Assembly: GCF_009914755.1 (NCBI RefSeq)
Contig: NC_060928.1
DNA: 64,000 nt
From: the human T2T-CHM13v2.0 reference genome, Homo sapiens
Direction: 5' to 3' (one strand)
Every line of letters starts with the position of its first letter. Within the stretch, counting starts at the first letter, position 1. The notes below the pieces were generated by a model that did not search any database, was not told the DNA's origin, and worked only from the letters and a program-made list of their open reading frames with translations. Made by a program: the position numbers and the translations under genes. Positions 36,091 to 55,144 of this stretch are shown here, one piece after another.

Positions 36091-37759
36091 TAGTAGAGAC
36101 AGGGTTTCTCTATGTTGGTCAGGCTGGTCTCAAATTCTCGACCTCAGGTGATCCGCCTGCCTCGGCCTCCCAAAGTGCTGGGATTATAGGCGTGAGCCAC
36201 CGCACCCGGCCATTTTTTTTTTTAATTAAGGGAGATCTAAAAGGATGTTTTCCAAAACATTAACAGTGACTTTAACTGAGTAGTATATCTCTGGTAAATT
36301 TTACATTCTTTATGCTGTAGTGTAATATTTAAATGTTTTACTACCAGTTTGTGTTGTTTTTAAAATCAGAAAATTAATGTTGTTTTCATGTCAAAAGCAA
36401 AAACCAGTAATGGGTGAAGTCACCTCAAATAGCAAGACTCTAAACCAATTTGATTGGACTGTAAAAGATGGATTAGACTGTAACAGCATTAACATATACA
36501 AAGTATGAATGTGTTGGCGAGTAGGGGACGTGTCAGCTATTGAAGCACTGAATGCAAAGAATCAGAGAAACAAACTTAGGCAGTGATGATCCATGCACTG
36601 TGAAAGAAAGGGGGAATCATAGCCAATGGGGAGGCCTTATTGACAAGGGGTATGTATCTCAGGCACTCCCAGCCAAATGGCATTGAATTATAACAAAAGA
36701 GAGAGAGTGAGAGGAGAAAAAAATACAACAAATATACCAGGTTACAAATGAGAAAAGAGATGCACTCAAAAATCCGAAAAAAAAATTATATTGCATGAAC
36801 ATGTAATATGCAACTTTATGGCAAAATTTTGAACAAATTAGCCAAGAAGAGTCATGACCAAATAGACTAGTAACAACAGAAGTTGTTGAGAAGATGGTCA
36901 AATAATTAACTCTCCCCAAAACAAACTACACAAATGGTTTAACTGATAAACTATTTTACATCATATTTCAGGGAACAGATACCATATATTCTATTTAGAT
37001 ATTTTGGAGCAAATAGAAACAGTAGAAAACTTCTCAATTTAGGAGGCTAAGATGACTCTGTCATCAAAACTGATTAAGAACAGAAATTAAAATGGAAAAT
37101 AATTCCAAATAAAATATTAGAAAAATATACCAGTCTTGTCTCAAAGTGAGATTTATTTCAATAATAAAAAATAATCTGGCCAGGTGCGGTGGCTCATGCC
37201 TGTAATCCCAGCACTTTGGGAGGCCGAGGTGGGCGTATTGCCTGAGGTCAGGAGTTTGAGACCAGTCTGGCCAACATGGTGAAACCTCGTCTCTACTAAA
37301 AATACAAAAAAATTAGCTAGGCATGGTGGTGTGCACCTGTAATCCCAGCTACCCAGGAGGCTGAGGCAGGGGAATTGCTTGAACCAGGGAGGTAGAAGTT
37401 GTAGAGAGCCGAGATCTCACCACTGCACTCCAGCCTGCGTGGCAGAGCAAGACTCTGTCTCAAAAAAAAAAAAGAAAAAAAGAAAAATAATCCACTCTTT
37501 GAAAGCCTGTCATATGTATGTATATGTTATGTACAAAGTCAATCACATTAAACAGTTAAAGGAAACAGTTCATGAATGCATCTAGATAAATGCTGAAAAT
37601 ATATTTAATACAAATTAAGTGCCAACCTCAGATTCAAACTAGAATTGCAGGCAGCTCCCTTACCATAATAATAATTACTTATATGAAACCAATAGCCAAT
37701 GTCATACTTAACAATGAAATACTACAGGCATTCATCTGAAGCCAGCCCTGACATTTCCA

Positions 37760-37794
<35 letters not shown>

Positions 37795-38244
37795 TTTTTT
37801 GAGACATCATCCCGCTCTGTCGCCCAGGCTGGAGTGCAGTGGTGCGATCTCGGCTTACCGCAAGTTCCACCTCCCGGGTTCACACCATTCTCCTGCCTCA
37901 GCCTTCTGAGAAGCTGGGACTACAGGCGCCCGCCATCATGTCCGGCTAATTTTTTTGTATTTTTAGTAGAGACGGAGTTTCACAGTGTTAGCCAGGATAG
38001 CCTTGATTTCCTGACCTTGTGATTCGCCCGCCTCGGCCTCCCAAAGTGCTGGGATTACAAGCGTGAGCCACTGCGTCTGGCCTCCACTCTTTTGAAAATC
38101 TTTACCAAGGTAATATTTGTATAATTTACTATGTGGTTTAACTTAAGTTTCTGAAGATGGCCCAGAAACTTAAATACCTACAGGGAAAGGCAGGGTGCAT
38201 AAATGGATGAAGTAGCCAGGATATTATAAAATGTTCTTTGCCAG

Positions 38245-38622
38245 TGCTATGGTTTGAATGTGTCCCCTCCAAAATCCGTGTTGAAACCTAATCCACACTG
38301 TGGTGGTATTAAGAGGAGGGGTCTTTTGGGAAGTGATTAAGTCATAAGGGCTGTCCCCTCATGAATGGATCAGTGCTTTATAAAAAGGCTGGAGGGAAAC
38401 AGCCTGGGTCCTTTGGCTCTTCCCTCCCTTCCTCCATGTGAAGACACAGTGATCAAGGCACCCTATTGGAAGCAGAGACGAGGGCCCTCACCAAACACTG
38501 AACCTACTGGCACCTTGGTCTTGGACTTTTCAGCCTCCAGAACTGTACGAAATACATTTCTATTATTTGTAAATTACACAGTCTCAGGTATTTTGTTACA
38601 GCAGCACAAATGGACTAAACCA
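38245..38622 (+). mobile_element. MaLR solo LTR (MST/MLT1A type)
   Basis: TGCTATGGTTTGAATGTGTCCCC...CAGCCTCCAGAACTGT..GAAATAC...GCAGCACAAATGGACTAA. Confidence 0.82.
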
Positions 38623-39098
38623 CAAAAAAAGAAAAAAATACAATCTTCTATTTCTAAGAAACATATAACATGTTTGTATAAGACCTTATTTTCCTCTGAA
38701 CTTTACCACAATAAATACAGCAACATAACTGTAGTAATAAGTAGCAATGACAACAGCACAAATGTGGGAAGCTCTGCAGGTTGATAGCCACTCTGTGCTT
38801 GCTGCCAGAGTGAGCGCTTGCATCTACAGGTAGGATGCTGAGGCAGAAGCAGAAACATACACACAAGGTGAGCTGGAGGTGGACTCTATGAGTTCGAGTC
38901 TTAACTTGCTGGTATCTGTGTACCATATCTGTTGAAGAAATAAGGGGTGGGCCCCAGGGATGTGATATGAGGCATCATAAGTGTCTGTTTACACTGTCCA
39001 TTTATGAAATGGAATAAATCATTCCAAAAAAAAAAAAAAAAAAGTCCTGGCTCACACCTGTAATCCCAGCACTTTAGGAGCCTGAGGTGGGCAGATCA

Positions 39099-39314
<216 letters not shown>

Positions 39315-39634
39315 TCAAAAAAAAAAAAATACAAAATACAAAAATTAGCTGGGCGTGGTGGTGTCCACCTGTAATTCCAGCTGCTCAGGAAGCAGGAGAA
39401 TCACTTGAACCCGGGTGGCAGAGGTTGCAGTGAGCCGACATGGTGCCACTGTACTCCAGCCTGGATGGCTGAGGGAGACTCTGTCTCGAAAAAAAGAAAA
39501 GTTTAGTTTTTAGCTTATTAAAACATATTAGTTCAAAATCTTTTAAGGTTTTTTTTTAACTTAAAATGAAAAGTACTCATACATAAATTAAAGGTGTAAT
39601 AATAATGATCACATATACTTTGCTATGTGTCAGC

Positions 39635-39792
39635 TGGTTAGTTGTTCCAGAAAGATTATGGTGAGATAACTTTCAAGAATTTAGAAATAATAAAAGAAAT
39701 AAGATTTTCCTCTGATACTTGAAACTTAAACACAAATAAATTATGAAACATTTATACAATGTAATAATATATACTTGTTAAAATGATAACAT
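39635..39792 (+). repeat. Copy 2 of a ~155-bp local direct duplication
   Basis: See copy 1. Appears to interrupt a MIR. Confidence 0.92.
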
Positions 39793-39812
39793 GCCTTTTT
39801 AGATATATGTAG

Positions 39813-40070
<258 letters not shown>

Positions 40071-41436
40071 TAGAGATAGGGTTTCACCATGTTGGCCAGG
40101 CTGGTCTTGAACTCCTGAACTCAGGTGAGTCTGCCTGCCTCGGCCTCCCAAAGTGTTGGGATTACAGGCGTGAGCCATCACGCCCAGCCTTTTGTTATTG
40201 AGTTCTATGAGCTACTGACAGCTTTCTAAATTTTTCTAAGATTCTGGATTTCAATAATTTATTATTTTTGAAAAAATTTCTGTAAAGTTGCTGAAAACTG
40301 CAAGTCTATAATTATACATATTAGACTAAGCAGTTGGCTCTCACACAAATGAAGTGGATTTTGTTTTTCTCATCTCAACAGTATTTTTAATCATTATGTT
40401 GTCACTTGCTAATGTCTATAGGGATGTCTTGGTTCTCTTTCAATGGCGGAGACAGCATATGTGTTTGTGCATTACTTGAAGATCTTCCACTCTACCAGAT
40501 GAAACTGGGAAAGGACAATGTACCAAAGAGTATCCAAGCACAGAAGGGAATCTCAGTTTGAAGTTAGGTGAGTTCCCGACATGAACAGGCATGTCTGGCC
40601 CAACAGGAACCACTTTTATAAGGAAAAATTTCCCTCTTGGGAGAAATCACGATGAAGAAAAGCTGAGTCAGAAACAATAAACTTGAGTTTGTAAGAGAGC
40701 CTTCGTAGGAGGATAATAGTGCTCTGTAGGCAGGCTGGTGGCTATCATTCAGTTTCTTATCATATACAAGCCCCTGAGTGGGTGTCTGGGACCTAGAGAA
40801 AGAGTGGTCTGTAAGTAAAAATTGAAAGTACTGTTTCACTTAAAGTTGTAAAACACTGATGCCACTGATTTGAATTCCTCCTGCAGAATTGAATCCAAGA
40901 GGAAGAGAAGCATCCTTCCTTCAGTGCCTTTGTGGTGGTGCTTGGTGAGAGATAGTGGTGAAGGCATTGCCTAAAGAGAGAGGCACTAACAGGCAGAGGA
41001 GTGGTTGAGACCAGTAAGAACTGCCCTGCCTGGTGGAGCAGAGGCAGAAGCTGATGCCCAGGCTCTGCAGCATCTATAGGGAACTTGGTGCCTGCAGTGC
41101 TCATCAAATGATCCAGAGGCCTCCTTGAACACTGCAAAACCCAGAAGAAATTACCATGCCAACGGAGCAGAACCAGATCCTTTGGGGAAACACAGCGCTG
41201 GTGGAAGAACTATAGCTCCAGTAAGCAAATGTGGTGCCTGGTGGGTGGTTGCTGAATCAGTGTGTGTTTGTGAGCATATGTGAGACACCCACTGAAGATG
41301 CCTAAAAACACCTCTAGAAACTGACATTTTAAAAGGAGACTGAAGTCCTGCATTATGCAGGTGCTGTGAGCCTGTGACTATTGGGTTATTCCACTTAATG
41401 TGACTTACTTGTATCTACAAGCTAGTGGAAGCTGGG

Positions 41437-42470
<1,034 letters not shown>

Positions 42471-43774
42471 CTGAGCAAATGGATCTACAAAATAATCTAG
42501 AGATTAGAAGTTGTCATCAGAGATGATGGGAATATTTAGGGGGCCACTGGGCAACTTATGTTATAATAACTTAGGTACAAATAGAAAGTGTAATTTCATT
42601 TTATAGTCACAGGTTACAATGTTGTATAAGTTCTTATGTAAGACTAAATAACCTAGACTGTGAGAATGTACCAATTTACACTGTGGTCATTATCTCATAG
42701 AAGTCATAGGACCAAACAATGTCTTCATGAGTTGGGGTGGGATTTTATTCCCAAAGAGAAAGGATATATTTATACTATCTTGAGAGTAATATTTGCCTTA
42801 TGTATCTTACTTTTAACAGCAATACTGAACAAGCTAAGCCTTAAGATAGCTGTCTGCTTACAGTCCCTTAGAAAGGATTTTCCCTATAGTCTTCTTCTAG
42901 AATATTACTTCTGTGTGTAGTTTTTTTCTTGTGTAAGATGACCCTGTCACCTTAACCACAATTGATATGAATGAGAGCAGTTATCTAATCCAAGGAAAAG
43001 CAACCCATCATTCAGTCAAAAACCTGTGATTTGTCCGATCATGAAGACTGTTCAATGGAGATAATTGTAGCTAACTGGACTGAAGAATATCACCTTTCTT
43101 TGAAAGGAGTTCAACTGTTAGCAAAGGCAAAAACTGAAAGAAAAAGAGAAATGTAACTAGTAGAAGCCTACAAGCAGGAGAAGCCAAAAAGAAGGAAAAG
43201 CTAATACAACAGATGCTATTATGTTGAGCAAAAGAAGAGAGTACACATACTGGTGACTTATTGGAAGGACAATCAGACTCAGAATAATTGTCTCCATTAT
43301 AGTGAAGCACAAAATGGAGCCATTAGAAGCTACCCAGTTAACCAGAACAACTGGACATCAAGAAGGAATTTTCAGTTCTCAAATCATGTTCTGTCTCCTT
43401 GAGTCCTGCAGGATAGCTTCAGCATGTCTTTATTCCTGTAACCTACTAAACTCTAGCTACTCCCACATGGCTGCAATGAATTTTACCAGTTTTTAAAAAA
43501 TCAATACTGATTTAAATAAGTAGGAAAACGTATTAGTAGGCATTAGTAACAAAGTGAAACAAGACTGACAGAAATCAAAATTTAAGAAAAACTAATAAAT
43601 ATTATTTTTTCCTTTTCTTTCTTTATTCATTGTAAAGATGAGGTTTTGCTTTATTGCCCAGACTGATCTCAAACTCCTGGGCTCAAGCTATCCTTCTGCC
43701 TTGGCCTCCCGAAGTGCTGGGATTACGGGTGTGAGCCACCATGCTCAGCCTTCTTTTTTTACTTCTTTTTACCT

Positions 43775-43826
43775 CAGTGAAAACTGGAAAAGCTGCTAGA
43801 CAAATTCTAAAAGAGATATAACGCTG
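43775..43826 (-). pseudogene. RNU7-149P: U7 snRNA pseudogene
   Basis: Minus strand CAGCGTTATATCTCTTTTAGAATTTGTCTAGCAGCTTTTCCAGTTTTCACTG versus U7 CAGTGTTACAGCTCTTTTAGAATTTGTCTAGTAGGCTTTCTGGCTTTTTACCGG. U7-type Sm site AATTTGTCTAG intact, 3' stem-loop incomplete, A-rich tail follows. The locus number is from recall and less certain than the family. Confidence 0.85.
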
Positions 43827-45207
43827 GAAAATATTCTTACTCTGTGGGTACTGAGCATGAAATTCGAATCTTGGCTTCCAAGTATTTAAGGCAAAAAGAA
43901 AAAAAAATGAGAACAAAAATATTTTAAAATATTTAACTTTTATCTTCATTTATTTTTCCCTTTCCCTCCTCTCATATTAGCCAGGTCTGTACTTTCCTCT
44001 TCAAGGTGAAGTCTGTTGTAAGGATGGACATTGAACTTGCCTAGAAAACTGTCTGGTTTTATTTCAAAACGCTAAGCCTCAGTAAAGGAGAGAAATAGCA
44101 GGTAAAGATAAAATGACTTGCAGAAAGCTGAAGTAAAAGAACTTTGCTCAGTTGATAAAACAATATCCCACATGCTCGATAATACCAGAGGAACTTGCGT
44201 TTTGGACATGAGGACCCTGATCCAGATTTGTGATAGTATTGCTAGGGAGAGAGCAAGAGACCCCAAAGTATGAAATTCTCAGCCTTGGCAAAAAATACCC
44301 ATGCTGCAAACCTGGTGTGGAAGCAGCTAAGCCCTACTGGATGTGAAGGGATGATGCAGAAAGAGCGTGGACAGGTCTATGAAGAGATGACCAATGACTA
44401 GTGGGCCTTTCTGTTACCTCCTTGATGCCCTGGCACTGCATAAGATTCCAGAACCACGAACAGCCCTGGGGAGATTGGCATCAAGCTTAAAGAATGAACA
44501 AAGTTAAATTTCTATATTCTGGGTAGAATCTGGGTGGGGAGTGTTGCTCAAAATCAGAAAGTATCTTGATGTACAAAATTTTTTGCACATCTGTAGAGAA
44601 CTGATATTCCCACCCACTATACCTGAGTTATCAGAAAAGACAAGAATCAAGCTCACTTCTGAGTTTCAATGGATCACAGTGGCTGCAAGGACAGTTAGGC
44701 TCTTTCTAATTACAAGCCAAAATGACATGTTAGGGAATCTTAGGGGTGTTAAAGTAAAGAAGACAAATTTCTGTCTTACAGCCAGTCCTCCCACCCGCGT
44801 TGGAATGAATCTGGAAAATCATTTGGGATATTACCAGTTCTTGCCATTGTGTTCTCATGCTGCTGTAGATTCCTATTGCCGTCCTATACCATTCTGGTGA
44901 TTCAGCTACTCTCTGTAGCTGCTATTCCTGCTACTGAGCAATGAACTGACTTCTCTCCATTGTCTTTCTCAGCTTTTGCCATTCATGGTTTCTGACTACT
45001 CTTGGCTTTTATTGTCTCATGGCTTCTGATCATTGCCTTTTCTCTGGGTGAGAAAAGGTTGGCTTTGTTCTTTTCTTTTTTTGAATTCTACCCCCATGAT
45101 AAACTGCTGACTTACTCTGTGTGTTGTGCACTCAGCTTTGTAAGAGAGAATACTGATCCATTCATTCAATCATGGCCACCTCTGTTGGGCAAGGCTATCA
45201 TTCCTGA

Positions 45208-45567
<360 letters not shown>

Positions 45568-46343
45568 TGAGCTTACCTCACAAGGAGTTGTAATTGTGGC
45601 AGACCCTGTGAGATGAAGAATAAAAGCGAACACTTATGGAGTGCTAACCGTGGGCCAGACATTGTTCTAAGTGCTGTGTAGTCTGTTCAACCTTCCAAAT
45701 AATATACCCATTTTACAGATAAGGAAGCTAAGGTGGTTAAAGTTGACAATATTTCCAGGATCACATAGCCAGTAAGCAGCAGAGCTAGGATTCTAGCCAG
45801 GCAGTCTAGCTTTTTTATAAGCAGTGCTCTCTGCTTGTATTCTGTGAGATCTCTTTATATTAGGATCTGTTCATTTATTTTCTGAATTGAGACTGATAAT
45901 TAAGCCAAGAATATTCTTACTAAACTGTTGATTGCGGATCAACCTTTGAGTATCACTAACAGTATTAGTAAGGAAGATTCTTTCAACAATCCCAGAAATT
46001 CATCAAATGCTTTCTTCCTAAGTGAAAAAGAAAAAAGAGATGTTATTAGGGTAGATATTTTCTTTCAATGTTATTCAGCATTCCAGACCATCAGGAGCAT
46101 AACATAATTCTGTTCAGGGACCTGTACTGTTGTTTATATTCAAAGAGGATAGAAGCCTTAAAAGAGCAGCTTCATTAATATCAGATTTTTCAGAGTCCTC
46201 CAAAAATGTTTTATGGCATGTCCTATTCAGTTTTTCTAAATTATAGACTCAAGTATTTATAGACAACAATAGCATTGCTTTAAGTAAGATGAAATGATGT
46301 TAGGAATTGAAAGCCTATCCTGATCATCTTTGTAAAAAATATC

Positions 46344-46700
46344 AGAATAGTGGGAGCTTAAAAAATTAAGACAATTGAACTCATGGAGATAGACAGTAGA
46401 ATGATGGCTACCAGAGGCTGGGAAAGATAGTTGAAGAGTGAGTGGTTAACGGGAACAAAAATGTAGTTAGAATGAATTAGCACAAGAGGATGACTACAGT
46501 ACAACAATAATCGCACATTTTAACATAACTAAAATAATACAATTGTATTGTTTGTAGCACAAAGAAAGGATAAATTCTTGACGTGGTGGATACTCCATTT
46601 ACCCTGATGTGATTATTATGCAATATATGTCTGTAGCAAAATATCTCATGTGCCCCATAAATATATACACCTAGTATGTACCCACACATTTTTAAAAAAA
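46344..46700 (+). mobile_element. L1MA-type 3' end fragment
   Basis: GAACTCATGGAGATAGACAGTAGAATGATGGCTACCAGAGGCTGGGAA...ATATCTCATGTGCCCCATAAATATATACACC. Confidence 0.8.
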
Positions 46701-49052
46701 TTTTTAAATATCAGAATACATGTAATAAACAGTAATGAAGATAAAATTACTTGAGAATCCCTAAAGACACGTTACTTGTATTCTTGTAGTAAAGACTATT
46801 ATTGGAAAAAAAATTTGCCTAAATGCAGCAAGTGTTTTGAGAAGAAATATGATTTAACTGTAAGATATGGAAGGAGACTGAAATGCATTATTCAATTGCA
46901 TTATTCATTTTCATGCTGATAAGACTGAGATAAAGCAAAATGGATGGCTTATGCAATCCCAGTTGCATATTGCCACTTTTTGAATTACCAAGAGACATTT
47001 GATTAAATAGCATCACACAGTCACAGTGGTCATTCTTACAACAGCAGCTGTACTCACATCTGGGTGTAGTGGCATTCTCAAAAGGCATTCTGACCTTGGT
47101 ATCATGTCTGACCTCTCCTTTGAGACTTCTCTGCTAGCCCCTGTGGATCTCCCCTCTTGTGCTGCTTTCAGGCATGCCCAGAATAGAGCTGAAATGGAGT
47201 CCTGCCATAAATCAAAATCTGTGAATGGATACTATAAAATTCCTAATTTATATGCTATGTGGTGTGTGTTCCTTTGAGATACTTAAAGATATGCAAATAG
47301 AGTAACCAGAAAGGACTGATGTAAAAGTACTATTTTGCTAAGAAAAGAAGCAACAGAAATCTGTAAACTCCCTTCATATGAGTGTACCACTAAGCAATGT
47401 GGAATGGCAGCTGGAGAGGGGCTTGTAAGAAGCTGATAAACGTATATCAAACAGAGGCGTTTCTTTCATTTCCAAACTGGTTTGGTGTGATGTAGTTGTC
47501 TTTCCTGCTCCTACTTGGAAGACATGACAAAGTATTCTGTGTAATTTGAGCCCAAACTGGAAGGTATGAAAGAACTGTACTTCCCCTTCCTTTTTTCCTC
47601 TTTCTGGTCCTCTTTCTGCTAAAAGGGTTGTTCTGAACTCAAGCAGAATATAAAAGGTTATTTCCTAACATAAAAATGTCATGTTCCTGGATAATCAAGT
47701 CTTTAGATCCTACTAGCCTGTATGATGTATTACTTTCACAGTTCAAATGAGAAATAAAGTTTTGCAATGAGGCTTTGGTGTTAATGTACATATCCAATAT
47801 TCCACAATTCATGGATATTTGTCTTAACTCTACTCAAAGTTTCCACTTATTTTAAATTTATCACAAGCACTCAAGACAGAAATCAGAATGGTGCTTATTT
47901 TATACCACATCTCCAGACCCACTTTGTAAAAAATTACTTTTAGTTCATCTTGCCTCTATAATCAATCTTAGAACAGTTTTGTAATACATTGTATAATAAG
48001 TCAGCAGAAATCAATTCAAGCAACCCTTCAGCAGCTCATACTAACCTCAAAGGAATAGCAGATGACACCACTTGCCATTTTAATTTGTTAAATGGTATGG
48101 AGGGAAACCAGATATGGAACACATATTTCCAATTAAACTTTATAATGCTTGGTTGATATTTATCTGAGACATTGCATTTTAGATGGTAGAATTGTAGTAG
48201 CACAAAATTTTAGTCAACTAATTTTGAGGCTGAATTGTAGAATGAAACATGTTTTTTTAATATGAAAAGTAGAAAGGATAGTACCTGAAGTGTGTTAGGC
48301 TTGTGAGTCCAGAACTCTTTCTCATGCTACATTTTAGAAATGCTGATGTAGAATTCTCCATTGTTATAATCTGAACTGAAATCTAGACCTTGTAATAAAT
48401 TAAAAAGAAATAGAAAATTTTGGACAAATAATGTGGGCATTACATTATTGTAAATAGCATATTATATAAGTTTAAAAATAATGTTCCTTCTTTTAAAAAT
48501 AGCTTTTCCCCTTCTTTTAAAATTATTTTTAATTAACACATAATAATTATATGTACTTATGATGTTCAGTGTGATATTTCAATTCATGTATACAATGTGT
48601 AACGATCAAATCAACCCCTTAATTTATAAAAAAATTTTTTTTGAGAAAGGGTCACACTGACACCCAGGATGGAGTGCAGGAGTGTGATCACGGCTCACTG
48701 TAGCCTCAACCTCCTAGGCTCAACCAATCCTCCTGACTCAGCCTCATGTAGCTGGGACCACAGGTGTGTGCCACCACACCCAGCTAATTTTTGTATTTTT
48801 TGTAGAGATGGGAGTCTCCCCATGTTGCCTAGGCTGGTCACGACTCCTAGCCTCAAGCGACCCTCCCACCAAGGCCTCCCAAAGTGCTAAGATTACAGAT
48901 GTGAGCCACTGCACCTGGCTTCAACCCCTTAATTTTAAGGGGTCGAATCATATTCATTATGATTCAACAATCAATATTCATTAATTGATACTAGAAAATA
49001 TGGAAAAGTATAAAGAAAAAAACTGTCATTGTCCACTAAAGATAGGTATTAG

Positions 49053-49314
<262 letters not shown>

Positions 49315-50444
49315 TGATGCCCCTGCCTCAGCCTCCCAAAGTGCTGGGATTACAGGAGTGAGCCACCACACCTGGCCGTTTCCACTATACTTATTCTTTT
49401 GTTTTGGGTTGTGTGTTTCATTTATTTTATTATATTATTATTATTGTTTTAGAACTGGGATTTCACTGTGTTGCCCAGGCTGCACTCCAGCTCCTGAGAT
49501 CAAGTGATATTCCCGCTTCAGCTTCCCGAGTACCTGGAATTACATGTGCATGTTCCACTGTGCCTGGCTCTGGTGTGTTTATTTTTAGAAAATTTTTTAA
49601 TTCTTGCCTTTTCAGTTAACAATATATAATAGCATTTATCTATGAATGCTAATACATACCTTTACAAAGAAATTTACAGTATAGTACAATTTTCCATTAC
49701 ATGCAGTTTCCATAATTTATTTATTTAGTCTCAGATCTTTTTAGGTGGACCTAAGTTTTCCCTTTCATAAAGTATGCTATTATATCTTTATGTATGGAAA
49801 ATACTCTTAATTTTGAATTTTAGATTTTATGTTTAGGCTTTTTTCTCAGAAAGGGAATAAAATTTAAAGACTCATTCAAAAAATGTATTATCATCAGAAA
49901 TCTATGACAATGCTTTGCTTGGTGGCAGTCTTGCCAGCATTGAATAGCATCATGTATGTGTGTGTATATATATATATATGACTTCCTATTAAACATAATA
50001 GAATGATCATATACATTTATTTTCTCCTCTACTCAAAATTTTATTAAAGAGGGAGCAAAAGAGTAAAATATATGTACAGACCCATAAGATCAAAGAAAAT
50101 GAGAGTGAAAACAGGAGATTTGGAGCACAGAAAGCTGTGACTTCAGGAGCTGACTAGGAGAATAAAATGAAAATACATAAACTCTTCTGAGTTTCCTAGC
50201 CTCAAACACAGACAGTCAGATGTATGACTTTTTGGCATGAAATAGGAGAGGTTTTTTTTTCGTTTTTGAATTACAAGATTAGGAGAAAGGACAACAAAAT
50301 AACAATATTCTGGGCTCCCAGTACAATTTCCAGCTTGTTGTCCAAAATATTCAAACAAAAACTAAGAGAAAACAAAGGATAGAAATAGAAAAGAGCTTAG
50401 AAACCTATGGAACATGAAGAGGTAATAGAATATATGTGTAATTG

Positions 50445-52730
<2,286 letters not shown>

Positions 52731-53629
52731 CTTTTTTTTTTTCATGAAAATCAAACTATCTTGTGCACCCAAAGACATTATCAAGAAAGTAAAAGGCAAC
52801 TCACAGCGTGGGAGAAAATATTTACAAATCATATAGCTGATAAGAGATTAATATCCAGAAAATACAGTAAATTCCTAAAACTCAACGCTAACAACAACAA
52901 AAACAACATATTTAATACCACTTAACTATTTAAAAATGGTTGAAGTAGTGAATTTTATAATTTTACCATGATAAAAAAATTGGAAAAAAATTTATAGGCT
53001 ATCCAAGGTTTCAACTACATTCTCAACACTTATACCACTGTATCCACTGTATCCCTTTCCCAGCCGAAGCGTGTGTTTAAAAAAAAAAAAAAAAAAAAGA
53101 AAACCCAGGATGAAAACACTAAAGAATACTGCAACTTCTTTAATGAGTTAACATATTTAAAGTCTCTCATACATAGTAAGCGTTCATAAAATGTTAGTTA
53201 TTATTCTATAGATGCTAATTTTTTAGGAACAGGTAGAGGCATTTTTTCAAATTATTTTATTTATTTATTTTTTTGAGATGGAGTCTCGCTTTATCACCCA
53301 GGCTGGAGTGCAGTGATGTCATCCTGGCTCAGTACAACCTCCGCCTCCTGGGTTCATGCAATTCTTCTGCCTCAGCCTCCCAAGTAGCTGGGATTACAGG
53401 CATGAGCCACCACGCTCTGCTAATTGTTGTATTTTTAGTAGAGACAGGGTTTCGCCATGTTGCCCAGGCAGGTCTCTAACTCCTGACCTCAAGTGATCCA
53501 CCCTCCTTGGCCTCCCCAAGTGCTGGGATTACAGGTGTGAGCCACCGCACCCGGCCATTTTTTCAAATTTAAAAATAGGTTGCAATCTCATTATAGAAAA
53601 GTATATTATAATCCAAGAGAAAATATAAC

Positions 53630-54241
<612 letters not shown>

Positions 54242-54300
54242 TTACTTGGGAGGTTGAGGTGGGAGGATAGCTTGAGCACAGGAGATTGAGGCTGCAGTGA

Positions 54301-54730
<430 letters not shown>

Positions 54731-55144
54731 TAATATGTGTTGTAATGAGAAATATTGGCTAAGAATTTTCAAAATCTGGCAAGAGACATTCATCCAAAGC
54801 ATTCATAAGCTCTAGACTCCAAGCAGGATAAATACAAAGAAAATGAGATCTATGTACAAATATAGCAAAACTACCGAAAGCTAAAAACAAAGAGAGAAAT
54901 CTTAAAACCATTTGGAAGGAAAAAAATTACTTTTGAATAGGCAATAAGACTAACATCCAGCTTTTAAACAAAAGTATGAAAAAAAAAAGAAAGAGTATGA
55001 AAACCAGGAGACATTGGAACAATAACGTTAAAGTCCTTTTCAGGAGCACTTCCAGGAGTCAGCCTTTATATCTTTATTTTTCTTTTCACTTTGCTTCAAA
55101 GTTATTTTTAAAATCATGAAACCACAGGACACAGAGCAAAGTAA

